Shown piece after piece: positions 39,155 through 54,106 of a stretch of 64,000 bases of DNA. Location: positions 5,022,001 through 5,086,000 of the forward strand of contig CP158635.1 in NCBI GenBank assembly GCA_050273025.1. Reading direction: 5' to 3'. The translations under genes and the position numbers were made by a program. This DNA comes from Cenococcum geophilum (taxonomy: Eukaryota). Below the pieces are notes generated by a model. It ran no database searches, was not told the DNA's origin, and was given only the letters and a program-made list of their open reading frames with translations. Within the stretch, counting starts at the first letter, position 1. The number at the start of each line of letters is the position of its first letter.

Positions 39155-42100
39155 TTTTGCCTTTATTAGTATTCTACTATAACCTAATAGGTATCCAGAT
39201 GCTACCTAGCTCTATTAAAGACCAGTAGTATTTTATAGCAGAAAATTCCAGGGACCTAAAGTTAGGTATTATACTCACGATAAGGAACTACTAGCTATAG
39301 TTAACTGCTTTAAATAGTGGTAATACTACCTTAAGCACGCGAGCTATACCACTTATATACTCTTAAATTACTATAATCTACGCTACTTTATAACTATAAA
39401 GGAGCTTATACCTTAATAAGCTAAATAGGTAAAGGAGCTTATATAATTTAATTTTAAGATTAAATATAAGTTAGGGAAAAACAACCCTACTAATAGACCG
39501 TTATAACGGCTAGACTATACTAAAGGCTTTAAAATAGGAGAAGGAAAATAGATAATAGATATCTTACTCCCTATATTATAGAATAAGCTCCGGGTATAGG
39601 ATGCTTAAGCACCTATAGCTCTATACACTAAGTCTTAGGCAGTGCAAGCCCTATTAGTTTCTACTAACGTTCCAGCTAGTACCTAGTCTGTTACTAATAA
39701 GGGTCTAAATATACCTAGATAGGACATCCCTAATATATTCTTGGAACCTAGTAATATACTATCCCTAATTACTAAGCTATCCCCTTAAACCAATAGCGAA
39801 GCTATTAAGCAATTGGAACTCAGAGCCCTATAATAACTAAAGGACTTTAACCTTATAGCGGCCTTCCTAACGTATACGCATTAAAGAGTTATAAGATTTA
39901 TAGTACTATTTAGTCTTATACTTAAAGTAGTATAGGACAAAATAGCTTTTATTTAGGAACTATCTAAAAGGTTAACGGATCTCATCTATAAGGTATAATA
40001 GAGGGACGCTTCCTATACTATCCTTAATGCGGAAGTAGACCGGAAATATAATAAAAAGGAAGCTGCTAGGCGCTACTATTAGGAACTAAACCCAATGGGC
40101 CTACTATATAAAGGTAGTAAGGTTTGGGTGCTATAAGAAGCAAATCTACAATAGAAGATTCTTATAAAGAATTATAATAATCCTCTAGGCGGCCACTATA
40201 GTTAAGTAAAAATAGTAGAATTACTTTAGCGCAAATACTATTGGCTAAGGCTTAATTAGGAAGTAAAGGAGTATATTAGCTATTATAAGAAGTGTTAAGT
40301 ATATAAGATCCGCAGGCACAAGCCATAGGGTCTACTTAAATTAGTTCCCCCCACTAGTAAGCTATAGCAATATTACACTATAGACTTTATTACAGATCTC
40401 CTGCTATCTAAAGATAGCTAAAGATAAATATATAATTCGGTCCTCATACTTATTAATAGGTTTTTAAAGTACGTTTAATATCTTCCTATTAATAAGACGA
40501 TTAATATACAAGCGCTAGCCTACCTAATTAAGGAGAAATGCTTTCTTAAAGTAGATTAGCCATACTTTATTATTACTAATAGGGGCAGCATCTTTATAAG
40601 CCAGTACTGGTTAAACCTATGCTTCTATTTAAAGATAGACTACCGTTATAGTACAGCTTTTTATTTATAAATAGATAGGTAGATAGAACGCTAGAACTAG
40701 GAACTAGAGTTTTACCTATAGATATATTTAAACTACTAGCAAGATAACTAGTATAAGCTACTTCTGTACGCGGAGTATACTTACAATCTAAAATAATATG
40801 CATTATATAAGTATGCACTAATCCAGATTACCTATGGCGTTTAATTATTTAGGTTTAATAGTATATCTAATAATTACTAGCTAAGGCTGTATAATTAGTT
40901 ATAGGATCCTACCAAGAAGTTTAAGGATATCTACTAAAGAGTATAAGGATACCTTTAGGAATAGGAGGAGTAATAGAAGTATATAAAGCAGAGCCTATAA
41001 AATGCCTAAGAGTAGTAAAGACTTTGGTATAACTATTAGCACTAAGATAAGCATTTTGGAGTAGGCGATAAGGTTCTATTATATTTAACAAATATTAAGA
41101 CCTATTAACTATTAAAGAAGCTTAATATAAGATACCTAGGTCCCTTCTAAGTTAAGAAACGAATTAGTAAGCTAGCCTATTATCTCTAACTACCCCCATC
41201 TATGGCTTATATGCATTTAGTGTTTTATATAAACCTACTAGAGCTATAGCATAGACCATTACTAGAAAAGAACTTCCGTCTAGGCCCAATTAAATACCCT
41301 AAGGTAGTAGGCGAGCGGTACGAGGTTAAAGCTATACTACGCTATAAGTCTGTTAAGAATAAGCTTTAATTTGAAGTTAAATGGCTAGGCTAGCCCGCTA
41401 AGGACTCTATATAAGAACTAGAGAATTACCTTAATTATTGCAAAGATATTCTAAAAGAGTATTAGGACCAAGGTCTATAATCTACAAGTTATAAAAAGCG
41501 CTCTAATATTATAGTGTTATTGCGACCTATAAAGAAAGCTTATAAAAAGAGTAAATAGGTTAAATTGGATATAGAATAGATAGGCTCCGGAAACTGTAGG
41601 GATAGGGCTACGGCCTAAGGCAGGGTAGGTCCTTAGCCTTTTTACGTATATAGTATAGAGTTAATAGGGCATTTTGCTAGAATTGTATTCCTATTTATTA
41701 ATCTATACTAGGAATATTGTTCTTAGGGCTTCTAAGCCCTTTCTAAAAGCCTTATAAGGCCTTTTCAAGCACCTAATTAAGGTCCTTAATTGCTACTACG
41801 TATAAGAACGAATCCTAAAAGTCTAAACCATAAATGCCCAATTTAAAAAGCCACTATGCCTTATTATTAGGAGTAGGATCAGTATCTATTGGGCTACTAA
41901 GTAATGGCTGATAAGAATGGGATCTAGATCCCTTAGTAGGGGTATAAGTAGGTATTAAAATAGGGGTAGGACGATAAGGTGTAGCTAGAGCAGAGACTCT
42001 TAAACGCTTAATATTAATATTAGGTCCAAACTAATACTAATAAAGCTCTTGCGGCGTAAGCTTATAGTTAATAAAGACATAATTAAGCCTAAAATGAATA

Positions 42101-42299
42101 GAGACGTTAGCTGGCTAATATAGTCCAGAACTACTAAGACCTTACTACAGCAACTATTAGTTACCTATCCGCTAGGTACCTAAAGGGTAACCTACCTAAT
42201 ACTATATTATATTATACTCTTTTAAAACTTAATGCGTATACGCGAACTTCTTCCTATAGTAGACAGCAACCTTCTTCTTATTACCCCTATCCTTTACCC

Positions 42300-42794
42300 T
42301 ATCCTTAGTATACTAACCTTACTCTTATATTAGGCGTTACTAGCTAGCTTACTAAGAATTATAAGCGGTATAGATGGCTATGGTATAGTCTTAAATTTAA
42401 CTAAGTTATTTAGCATTTATACTAGAATAAGAGAGAGCCCGGGTAATATAGTAGTTAAAAATATTAAAGGAACGTCGCTACTTAGGCCCAGGCTATTAAA
42501 GCTTAAAGTTAGTAATGGAAATCTATTAAGAATAGAAAAGCTTACCTTAATATAACTGCCGCTCTTAGTATACATGTATTAATTATAAGGACTAAAGGTA
42601 TTAGATCTAACGCAGTGCGTCTTATTACAAGCCTCTAGAATCCTATTATTAGATTTCTAGTCTTTTAAAGACATATAAGCAAAATTATTTAGGTAGGACT
42701 AGCACTAGTTATAAGTTAATAGAGGTTAGGGTTTTATATACAAAGGTAGGTCTAGGATACGCTATAAAATCTGCTTAAAAGAGTAGTTAGTAAG
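42300..42794 (-). pseudogene. Antisense accessory gene of gypsy D, Cys-rich, with intron; first codons displaced to 56192-56173 by gypsy E
   Basis: Removing gypsy E gives one frame from ATG 56192 through C*SY...HCVRSNTFSPYN*YMYTKSGSYIK to a GTAAGC donor at 42545 and an ACTAAC branch site at 42513-42508. Confidence 0.6.
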
Positions 42795-45501
42795 TATAAT
42801 AAGACTAGCCTAATTATAGTAGGAATGTCTTAGTAAAACACTTAACAGATAAATTCCAACGCTTTAACTAAATTCTGCCGAATTCTACTAGCTTAATCGA
42901 CTTCTACCAAATTCTGCTAGATTAATTAAATTCTACTAAAGTCCGTTAAAGACCGCGTGCGTATATACGCACGCATTAACTACCAAGCCCCTAACTATTT
43001 AATTATATAATTCTCTTATTATTCCCTTTTCTTCTTTACGTAACGTCTTGTTCTTAGCGAGAGCTATATACCCTTAGATTTAGATAGAATATATATTATT
43101 CCTTTAAATATTCCCTAAAATCTCTCCGCGCCCTTATATTACGTTACGTTAATATTAATACCCTTAAAATAGTAAACGAACTTAAATTAGCCACATTAAC
43201 TATTATAGCCCTAGTTAGGAAATAAATAACTATAATATAACAGTCCTTTATAGATACCTTAGCCTAGTAATAAACTATACTAGAAACCTAGTATTAGCAA
43301 TTAATTAAAGTAATATATAAAGAACTTTATAACGCTAAAGTACTTGTAATAGAGACCCTAATAGCAACACCTATAAATAAAATTAAAATAACTGTATGTA
43401 AACCCGACTTATTAAATATAAACCCTAAACTAGTAACGGCAGCTTAGCCCGTACCTATAACAAACCTAGTACCTACTATAAAATCTAAAAAGCTTTCTAA
43501 CCCTCTAATGTTTAATAGAAATTAAAATAACCTACGTCCTTTTATAATTAAGCTCCGTCTTAAACTTTTAATAAACTATAACTAATACCCTACTAAAGCT
43601 AGTAAGATTAGCTATAGAATGTTTTATTTAAGTAAAAACGCTATATAAACTATAGACCTATTCTTCTATAATAGTACCTTTATTAATTTTAAAAATTTTA
43701 TTTCTCTACTAGAATAAATATATAATAACGCCAGCCGCAAATATATAGCTATTACTAAACTTAAAAACCTATAATAATAGAACTAAGACTTTACTAGCTT
43801 CTTTTTAGAATTTTTAGGCCTTATTAGTAAACTAGATTAGAATAAAGCCGTTAGAGTTACTACTTTCCGTTAAACTATTTTGGATAAAATTAGAGTATAG
43901 TTAGTAAGTAGAGAACTACTAAAGGACTTACCTAAATTTGCTATAATATATTAATAAATTAATAAGGACCTTTAATATAATAAATAGACTTATTCTCTAA
44001 AGCTAACTATACCTTATATTTAAAACTCTACGAAACTAATATATACCCTAAAGTATAATCCGTCTCTAAGACCTAAAAGCCCTATATATAACCCTATAGA
44101 CCTTAATACTACTTAATCCTATATACCCTTAGGAATTAATAAATAAAGAATATAAGCTATAAATAGAGAATATTTTAAATATAGAAAAAAGGGATATATT
44201 TAAAGGGATTACTAAACTTACCCTTTTAAAAAGGTCCGCTGTAGCTCCTCTTAATCCTTAAGTTATACTTATTCTATAAATTATATTTAGTTACTATAAA
44301 GTATCTTACCTTTAATTAATTTAGAAAATAAATTGTTCTAGGGCTAAGTTACGCCTTAAGATAAGAAGTAGAAGAGTATAAGTATTTAGGCTTTTTTAGC
44401 GCTAATATATAACATAACTCCCTTAATATACTTAGCAAAATTTAAATATTTAGAAAATAGAAGGAAGTATAAATCCTTATAGATAGCGGAGCTACTAATA
44501 TAAGCTTTATTAATATAAACTACGCAAAAACTTAATACTTAAATTTAAAGAAACTTAATAAGCCCTAAGGCCTATAAGGCTTTAATAGTAAACCTTTAAT
44601 ATATGGCGAATTAACGTACTACGCTCTTATAAAGATATAAATAGGTAAATACCTTAAATATATTTCCCTATTTATAATACCATTAAAGTATTATAAGGTA
44701 ATATTTAGATACGGATAGCTAAAACAATATAACCCTTTAATTAGCTAGGTTAAAGAAATACTAAAATTCCGTATAACCTACTACTAAAGTTATTATTTAA
44801 AATACTACTTGCCCTATAAATATATATATAACTATTTAAATTTAATATAATATAAATTACCCTTACTATAAACCCTAAACTAATATAATAAAGTTATAAC
44901 TACTAATTATGGTAAAGAATGCAAAGATAATATATTAAAACCCCTTAAAATTTATATAATATAAGCCGCATCCTTTTATTTATTAGTAAGAAAATAAAAT
45001 TATAAAATCTTTACTATAATACTAGAAGATATTAAAAAGGCGTTAAAACTAAAGTAATATATTAACCCCTAACCTCTTATACCTAAAGAATATTATAATC
45101 TAATTAATATATTTAAGAAACGATTTATAAACTAGCTACTCCTATATTAAGATAAGTATAATTTTAAAATAGAACTTAAACCTAGTATAACGCTAAAGTT
45201 TGGCCCGTTATACAGTATATTATAAGAAAAACTGCTAGTAATATAATAATACCTTAAAAAGCACTTAGAAAAAGGATTTATTCGCCCTAGTTAATTACTA
45301 TTTACTTTACCTATACTATTTATTAAGAAACCTAAAGAAGGCTTAAAGTTTTATATTAATTATTAAGCCCTAAATATAATTACGATTTAAAACTAATATC
45401 TAATTTCTCTACTTTAAGAAACGCTTAACTACTTAGTAAAAGTATAATACTTTATAAAGCTTAACGTAGTTGCTGCCTTTAATTAAATCCGTGTTTATAA
45501 A

Positions 45502-48500
45502 TGTCGGTATAACTCTCTTTATTAACGTGCACGAATATCACTTATAGTGGTACGTATGCGGTGTTAAAGTTAGTAGTTAATTGTTGTCTAGAAGAAAGGG
45601 GTTGCTCTAAGGTTAGACAGTTAGTCTCGCTTTATAGTCCCGTAACTACGTCACATGATTAACGTTCCGACACTAGAGTAACTTTAAAAAGAAGGCTAAT
45701 CTACACTCTAAGGTTAAGTCTTCTAGACTACTCGTAACGTATACGCAATAGCGACTTTCTGCTAAATTCTGCCATATTACCAAATTCTGCCAAATTCTGC
45801 TATGTTACCGAATTCTGCTAAATTCTGCCGAACCTAACTTCTGCTAACTAATTAGGATTTTCTATCCCCGGGATAGAAAATTGCTATTGGCTCGCTTAGT
45901 ACTAGCGCTAATACTAAACCAAAGTTAAATCCGTTCGCTTAACCCACCCTATAGCCTATAATTTAACTCGATTCGTGTTAATAAGCTATAATAGTGCCGT
46001 ATAGGGCTTACCCTTTATTATAGCGTCCGTAGGGTTAGTATCTCCATTGATTTACTTAACTTTAGTAATCTATCTTTGTTTATAAGCTTAGCGAAGGTAT
46101 ATTATATTAATTATTAAGCGTTTCTCTTATATAGTTTCTAGTTAGATAAGACAGTTATATAAAGACTTTAAATTAGTATAGAGAATAAGTAATAAGTTAA
46201 CCTGTAAGACCTTATCTAGCGTAGATTTAATTATAGCGCCTATATTGAAACTATATGCTATGCTATATAACTCTAAGGCTAATACACTCCTAGTAACTCT
46301 TTTACACTTAATTAAGGACTAGTAAATAATATTTGCCTTATTTAAGGCGTCTGCTAGTATAAGTACGTAGCCAATTTACGAAGATAAGTCCTTATTGTTG
46401 GCGAAGGAAGCGTTTATAAATACTAGGAGTTATAAGGTATTAACGTCTAGCTTAACGAACTTTAGGCCTCTATTTGCGTTCTTAATCTACTAGCTTAATT
46501 ACTTATTAAGACTCTTTATATTGTTTTTAACTGGGTTAATTACTTAGGTAGTAAAGGATAGGTTAAATAAGGCCTCTAGCTAATAGACTGAGGCGATATA
46601 GGCTTCTCTGGCGCGTTAAGCAATATACTAGTCTTTTAGCGTAAATAGGCTACGCGTAACTCCTCTAGAGCTAGTGCTGTTTACTAGCGTAGTATTAACC
46701 ACACTAAGGTTCTTATACTAGCGCTTTTATATTAGCGTAATACTCCTATCTTATATTAATTAAATAAGTCCTCCGTTAAACTTAATTAGTATATTAGCAG
46801 TTAGTTGCTCTCGCTCCTTAGCTATAAATTTAGCCTTATATAGTTTGCTTTATTTAGCCTCTATAAAGGTGTTATCTATAAGAAATAGTATATTATTAAT
46901 CTATAGGCTAATAATTCTAAAAGGCTTATCGCTATAAAGTAAGCAAGGGTCGTATATAGACTGGTCTATTTATAGCTGATTAACGTAGTATAAATGGTAT
47001 ATCTTAAACCAGTGGTTTTTAGCTTTAGGTACTTTATAAAGTGGCTTTATAACCTTTAGAACGGAGTCCGTATTAATTCCTAATTATTTATTTAGCTTAT
47101 ATAGTGGTTGTATATAGAACTTATAGTTTAGGTTTATAGTAGACTGGACGTAGGCTTATAAGATGTCTTAGAGGTAAAGTTGTATTTATAGTAGTATAGC
47201 AGCGATATAGAGAATTAGCCGCTGGCTAACTCATTAAATTGTTAGTAACTAAGTAAGGACTAGCTCTTTCTCTAAGTTATTATAGGCCTATATAATAAGT
47301 CATAATTTCTTAAAGGCTTTATTGGTTCCCTTATTCTTAATCTTGTTAATAAACTGTAAATTAAAGAGTCTAACCCCCTTTAGTATATCGTGCAGCTTAA
47401 TAATCTTAAAGACGCCTTTCTTAAGTAGGCCTATGACCTCCTTTTATCGTGAAGCACTAAATTAGGTATTGCTATTGTTCTATAAGTAAATAGTGGTGTT
47501 AGCCGTATCTGTAGTATTATCGTCCTATAGGCAGATAGCGATATTAGCGATATCCGCAATATTACCTATAAAAGCGCCTGTATCTATTATAGCATCCGTA
47601 ACAGCTGTATTTATAACGGCCGTAAGTAATAGGTATTTATAGGGGCGACCTCTACCTCGCTTTGGCAGTGGCTGTGGTTTAGCCTTAGGTAATAATTAAG
47701 GTTTAGCTAGTAAAGGTACTAGTTTATCTAATTCGGCAGACTCTTGTAGTTTAACTGGGTCTTATAGGTTTAGTAGGTAAAATTTTATAACCGTAGAGCG
47801 GAAGGTTATAGGCCTATTTGGTAGCTTTATGGTATAGGTCTCGCCGTTAACGGCGAGTAGTATATATGGTCCGTCCTAATAACCACTTTAGCTAGTATTG
47901 CCTTCTCTCTAGACTAAGATAGGCGAACTAGGTAGGAGGCCGTGAATAGCGCTAGTTTATAGTCCATTTCGCATATTAAGAGCATTAGCGATCTATTATT
48001 TAGCTCGTAACTTCTAGATTTCCACCATTGCTTTCTTAATGGCCGCAGCTCGCTGTATAACTGAAGGTGATAGCGCGTCCAATTTAACTATTTGGGGGTA
48101 GGCTCTAAAGACTAGGAGTATAGGGACTAGGCCTTCTAGGCTAGCCGTGTTATTGATGGCTTTAAAGGCCATTTATAGGGCCATCTCCTTACTAATTTTA
48201 GGGATTTTAGTTGTAATGATTTGGTAGGCTTGTTATAGCGGACCGTAGTAGTGTTCTACTATTCTAATGGAATTGTGTAATTCGACCGGAACTGACTTTG
48301 TGGTTGCTCCTATAGTAATAGCATAGTATTTAAACTCCTTACTAATAAAGTTCTTCCTAGCATCTATGGTGATTAAGTCTGGTAGTCCTAAATAACTATT
48401 AATTTAGTATATTTGTAGAACGTCTTAAGTGTGCTTGGCGCTAATATCTCGTAGCTATCTACTGGCTTAAAATTGAGTTGCTTTATTGACTACGTGTAGT

Positions 48501-51500
48501 AGGGGGGAGCCATTAATATACATAATGTCGATGATGATATTGTAATTGAAATTGACGTTGTCTTATAAGGTAAAGCGAAATCTACCTAGAGATCTGCTAA
48601 ACTTCTAGTAATGGTGGCAGAGTCTAGTTAGCTCTTTAATAGTAGATCTATTAGTGTTATAGCCGTAGCTAGTCTTATTAAGAAGCTTTTGTAGTTTATT
48701 AACTAATAGGTGACTAAATTGACGGTATAGGCGTTGTAGTTCTATATTGGTTAAATAGTAAGGGTTCATATTAAAAGACTTGGCGAGATAGGACTATAAG
48801 GAGAAGCTCTATAAGAGAAATAGGTGGCCAAATTATCTAACTACTAGCACCTTTTTGGTGCGAGTAATGATGACATCCTTTAGGTTATTGTATTTAATAT
48901 AGAGTTTATCTATATCTGCTAAGCAAAGTAAAAAGGGAGTATCTGCTTTAATAATATAGAATTATACCTTGCCTATAGGGCTGTTAACGTCTATAGTTCC
49001 GATAGACGTAAAGGCTCCAATCTCGAATTAGACAGTTACTTAGCCCTTAGTTAATATATTAAGACTTACGGACTTATCTACGGCCTATAGAGCTTGGAAT
49101 TAACTATAGCTAGCTATAGACTTACGCAAAGCATTTATATTGATTATAATTCCTATAAAGACTGTTAAGGTATACCGTGACGCTGTAGCTATAGCCGTAC
49201 TGTAGGCAAATGGGTTAGTCTCTGTATAAGGCTCCGTAGTAAACTCTATAGTAAGTATTAAAGCTGTAAGCAGGTGCGTATAAGCCTTATTAGCTAGCTC
49301 TACGCTTATAGAGGTTGCTTCCTCTATAGTAAGCGTTTTAAAGGTAGTGATGTAGGTAAAACTATTATTAGGTTCTCCGGCATTGCTCCCAAAGTCGTTA
49401 GTGTTATATATATAGGCTTTAAAGTCTAAGTTATCCTCTTTATCTCTTTTGCAGGCGGCGACGTATTGTTTAAAGTAGTTGTTAAAGTTGCCCTTATTAC
49501 GGCCCTTAATATCAATAAAACGTCTCTTATAGTCGTCTCTGGACCGATTATACTTCTCCTCTGTGTGTTTCTATAAACGGCAGTCCTCCCTCTTGCAGAC
49601 GTAGCACTTAGCCTTTAGTCTGCCGTTAGTTCTATAGGGGCGATTGCTGCTATAGCGATTGGTGTTTCGGTCTCGATTTTGGTCATTTTGGTAGTAACAT
49701 TAATCCGTAAAAAAGGCTTAGTAAGACGATCTTATTAGGGCCTATAGGGGGTATTCTTTTTCCTACGTAATAATGGAGGATTGTAGCTTACTGATTAATT
49801 AAGAGAGGTCTTTTAAAGGGTTGGAGACAGTAATACGGCATGCTGGTACTCCCTAGTAAGTAGTAACTAGCTTATTTATAAGAATGCGGTTTATATAGAA
49901 GTCTAGGTATAGTCTATAACGTTGCTTTAGCAGCTTATTTATAAGTAGTTGGAAGTTCTAATAGATTAACTTATTAGGGTTCTCGTCTATAACTCCTTAG
50001 AGGGTTATACTATTCCACTCCGTAAGGTTCTTGCGGTAGTATTCTAGCCCTTTAAAGAATTGTTATATATAGTTACAGGCTTCCGTAAAAGGTCTTAACT
50101 TAAGGTTACTATTATAGTAGTGGTCCTAAGTAAGCCCTTTTAGTATGCTAGGGAATGCCACTATGTAGCCTTCTGGTGGTAAGCTAGATCTCTTATAGAT
50201 ATTATAGAAGATGGTTAGCTTAAAGTTAAAGCTATTATTAACTCCATCGTACTTTTGGTTATTTGTATAGATCTTTATAATTATAGCTACCTCCTTACTA
50301 TATCTAGGTCCTTACTCTATATTAGGCACGGCTGGTTTAGGTAGTGTATATATATATAGCTGCTATAGTTGCTATAGCTGCTATAGTTACTGCTTTCTTA
50401 GCTATAGCAGTTAGTTAATAAGAGCGTGGATTTGGTTGTAATTAGAGGATTAAGGACTAGGAGGGGTAGTAGGGGTAGCAGGGATAGCAATTAGAGTAGC
50501 TAGCAGTGCCGTAACTAGAGTAGCTAGTAATATAGCAGCTGAAATAGCTGGTGGAGTTAGTAAAGTAGCTGGTGGTAGTGGTGGGGCTAAAGGTGTAGCA
50601 AGCTTATCTAAGGTTAAATTGAGTCGGTCTTATAAAGTTGTTGTAATTATTGGCTTTACCTCTATAAGGGCCGCAATAAGCTCCTTATCCGTCTATTTAT
50701 AAAACTCTTCTTTATTAGCGACATCCGTCAGCACCTTGCTAAGGGAGTATCTCTTATCTTGCTTAATAATATATACTCCTCTCTTAACTAGGTATTAATG
50801 GATTCCCATTCTAGTATTAGATTATACTCGTTTAAAGGTCTTTGGCGTAAAGTTCTTAAAGTCTTCCTAAAATACTATCCATAATGTAAAGTCTATAAGG
50901 TTGGATCGTGTATATAGGTGCATCTTGGTCTCCATATACTCCATTAGGTCGTTATCCGTAGCCGTTTCCAGGTCAATTCCGTAGCTATATTTAGTAATTC
51001 TTTCCTTCTAGTTAATTTCTATACTGTCGTGTCTTGGTATATAAGGGTAGGTGTAAAGGTAGTTGTTAGGTTTAAGGTGAGGGTGTAAAGGTATATACGT
51101 GTCCTATTAACAAATCTATAGTTCTTAGACACTATAGACGATTCTTAGTAAAGATACGGTCCTCTAGGCGATCTAACGCGTCAACAGTTAAGTTGATACG
51201 TGGTTTTAAGCTTTGAGGGTCCTTTAGGCGATCTGACGCATTAGCAAGCTAATACGTGGTTTTAAGCTTTAAGGATAACGTAGCTCTCTCTGAGTAAAGA
51301 TATGGTTCTCTAGGCGATTTAATGCGTTAGCAGTTAAGCTAATACGTAGTTTCGAGCTTTAAGGGTAATATAGTTTTCTCCTTTAACTGAAATAGGGCGA
51401 TAGCTCTGCGATTTAACGCGTTAGCAGTTAAGCTAATGCGTGGTTTTGAGCTTTGCTATTGCGTATTTCCTAATCTATACGTCTACTGATTAGTGTCGGT

Positions 51501-51664
51501 ATAACTCTCTTTATCAACGTGCACGAATATCACTTGTAGTGGTACGTATGCAGTGTTGAAGTTGGTAGTTAATTATTGTTTAGAAGAAAGGGGTTACTCC
51601 AAGGTCAGACAGTTAGTCTCACTTCGTAGTCCCGTGACTACGTCACGTAATTAACGTTCCGACA
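45502..51664 (-). mobile_element. Full-length Ty1/copia element
   Basis: 171-bp LTRs 45502-45672 and 51494-51664 (TGTCGG...CCGACA), TSD ATAAA. Minus-strand order: gag knuckle CYVC ~49600, protease ~49140, integrase ~48750-48100, RT (KPLY, YDPCLL) ~47400-46850, RNase H (ASFANN) ~46410. Confidence 0.95.
51155..51460. repeat. Four imperfect ~55-90-bp repeats in the copia leader
   Basis: GGCGATCTAACGCGTCAACAGTTAAGTTGATACGTGGTTTTAAGCTTTG-like units. Confidence 0.8.
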
Positions 51665-54106
51665 ATAAAGGAGATAGAAAGTATATAGCTTTCTGTATAT
51701 AATAGAGACTTTTTAAATACCTAGTAATACTATTTAGTATAAAGAACGGTTCTAGTACGTTTTAGTAATATATTAATAATATACTTCGCGAATTCCTTAA
51801 TATATTTATTACCGCGTATATTAATAATATTTTAATCTATTTGTTTTTACCTTCTAAATATTAAAAGCACGTTTAAATAATCCTTAAACGCCTATAAGAC
51901 GCGGGCTTATAATGCGATATTAAGAAATATAAGTTCTATATATCTAAAGTTATATACTTAGGCCTAATTATATCCCATAATAGAATTAAAAGAGACCCTA
52001 AGAAAATTGCTATAATTATAAACTAGGAAAGTCCTAGTGGTATATAAGATATTTAAGAATTTCTAGAATTCGCAAACTTTTACCGTTAATTTATTAATTA
52101 CTTCTTAAAAATTATTTAGCTATTAGTAAACTTAATAAGGAAGAATATAAGATTTAAATGGACTACTAAATGCGAATAAGCTTTTAATAACCTAAAATAT
52201 TATTTTATAACTACTTTAATTCTTACCTACTTTAATCTAGACCTTAAATGCATTATTAAAACAGACTCGTCTGATTATATATTAGAAGGAGTGCTATCGT
52301 AATATAATAAGAACGGCGAGCTGCGCCTAGTAGCCTTTCTCTCCTAAAAACTTACCCCTACTAAATTAAACTATAAGATATATAATAAGGAACTACTTAT
52401 AATTATTAGATGCTTTAAATAATAGCGTCTAAAACTTAAAGGATTGTTATTCCTAATACGCATACTAATGGACTATAAAAACCTGCAGTACTTTATAACT
52501 ATAAAGCAATTAATATAGCGCCAAATTTATTAGGCCGAATACCTTTTATAATTTAACTTTAAGATTATATACTAACTTAGTAAACTTAATTAAAAGCCTA
52601 ACTTATTAATATAATAATTATAGGACTTACCTATAAACGCCTCTAATAAATGGATTATAAATTAATTAAAAATTCTACTGCCCCCTAAATACTTTAAGAG
52701 GCTACGCCTTATATTTTTAAATACGGAGCTTAATAGGAATAAATTAGAAATTAATAAGTGGGATATAAAAATTAATAAATTAATAGAGTAAAAATATAAG
52801 AATAACCCCTAGGTAGTAGATATAATTAAAGTAATTTAAATAAGGAAATAGTAATATAAGTATATTATACTCGCTAAATGCAAAATCCGTAATAATCGGT
52901 TATACTATTAATAGAAGATAGTAATCCCGAATTCTAAACCCTTATAATTTAAGATACTTAAATTTATATACGATTCCCCTATAGTAGGGCACCCTAGCTA
53001 TATAAAGACCTATAAGATTATCTAATAAGTATATTATTGGCCTATAATGCACGACTATATATAAAAATATGTTTAAGTATATAGAATGTATATATATAAG
53101 AAGACCTCTTATATAAAAAAGTAAGAAGTACTTTAACTATTACTAATTCCAATATAAAGATAGCGAGATATCTTAATTAACTTTATAGTTAACCTACTTA
53201 ACAGTAATAGGTTTACGAATATTATAGTAGTTATTAACCGTCTTATAAAAATATAATATATGATTCCTATAGACTTAATTAATGTAATATTAGTAGCTGA
53301 ATATTTTATTAAGTACGTCTTTAAGCTATATAGACTTTCTAACTTAATAATATCTAACTATGGAAGCTAGTTTATTTTAGACTTCTAGTAAGCCCTATAT
53401 AAACGATTAAGTATATAAATATAACTCTTAACTACATTTTATTTAGAGATAGATAGTTAAACTAAAATTATAAACGCAATTATAGAACAATATCTATAAA
53501 TATACTACTCCTACCTATAAAATAACCAGGAAAAGTAGCTACCTTTAGCTAAGTTTACTGCGAATAATATAAGAAATAAATTAATAGGTGTAACGCCGTT
53601 CTACGTAACTTACGGATAAGATCCTTAACTTAAATTTAAACTATAACCCAAAATTAATATAATAGGACCTATAATTAAAAGGATTTAACTAATTAACATA
53701 TATAACTTTGCTAATTAAATAAAGTAGTTAACGGAACTATTATAAAGTAAATTAGTATACGCTTAAACGGTATAGAAATAGCATATAAATAAAGGACAAG
53801 ATCCCGTATAGAACTTTAAGGAAGGTAATATAGTTTACCTAAATATATAAAACCTAAAGACTTAATAACCCTTAAAAAAAAACTAGACTAGAAGTTTACG
53901 GGCCTATACTAAATTAAGAAGAAACTAAGCCCGTACGCTTATAAGCTTAAACTGCTAACTAAAATAAAAATATATCTAACGTTTTACGTAAACTTATTAT
54001 AACCCTTAAAAAGTAAACCTATAACTTATAAAGTGCTACCGCTACCTTTTATAATTATTAATAACGGTAATAGTTCTTACTTTATTAACTTAATTAATAA
54101 TATATA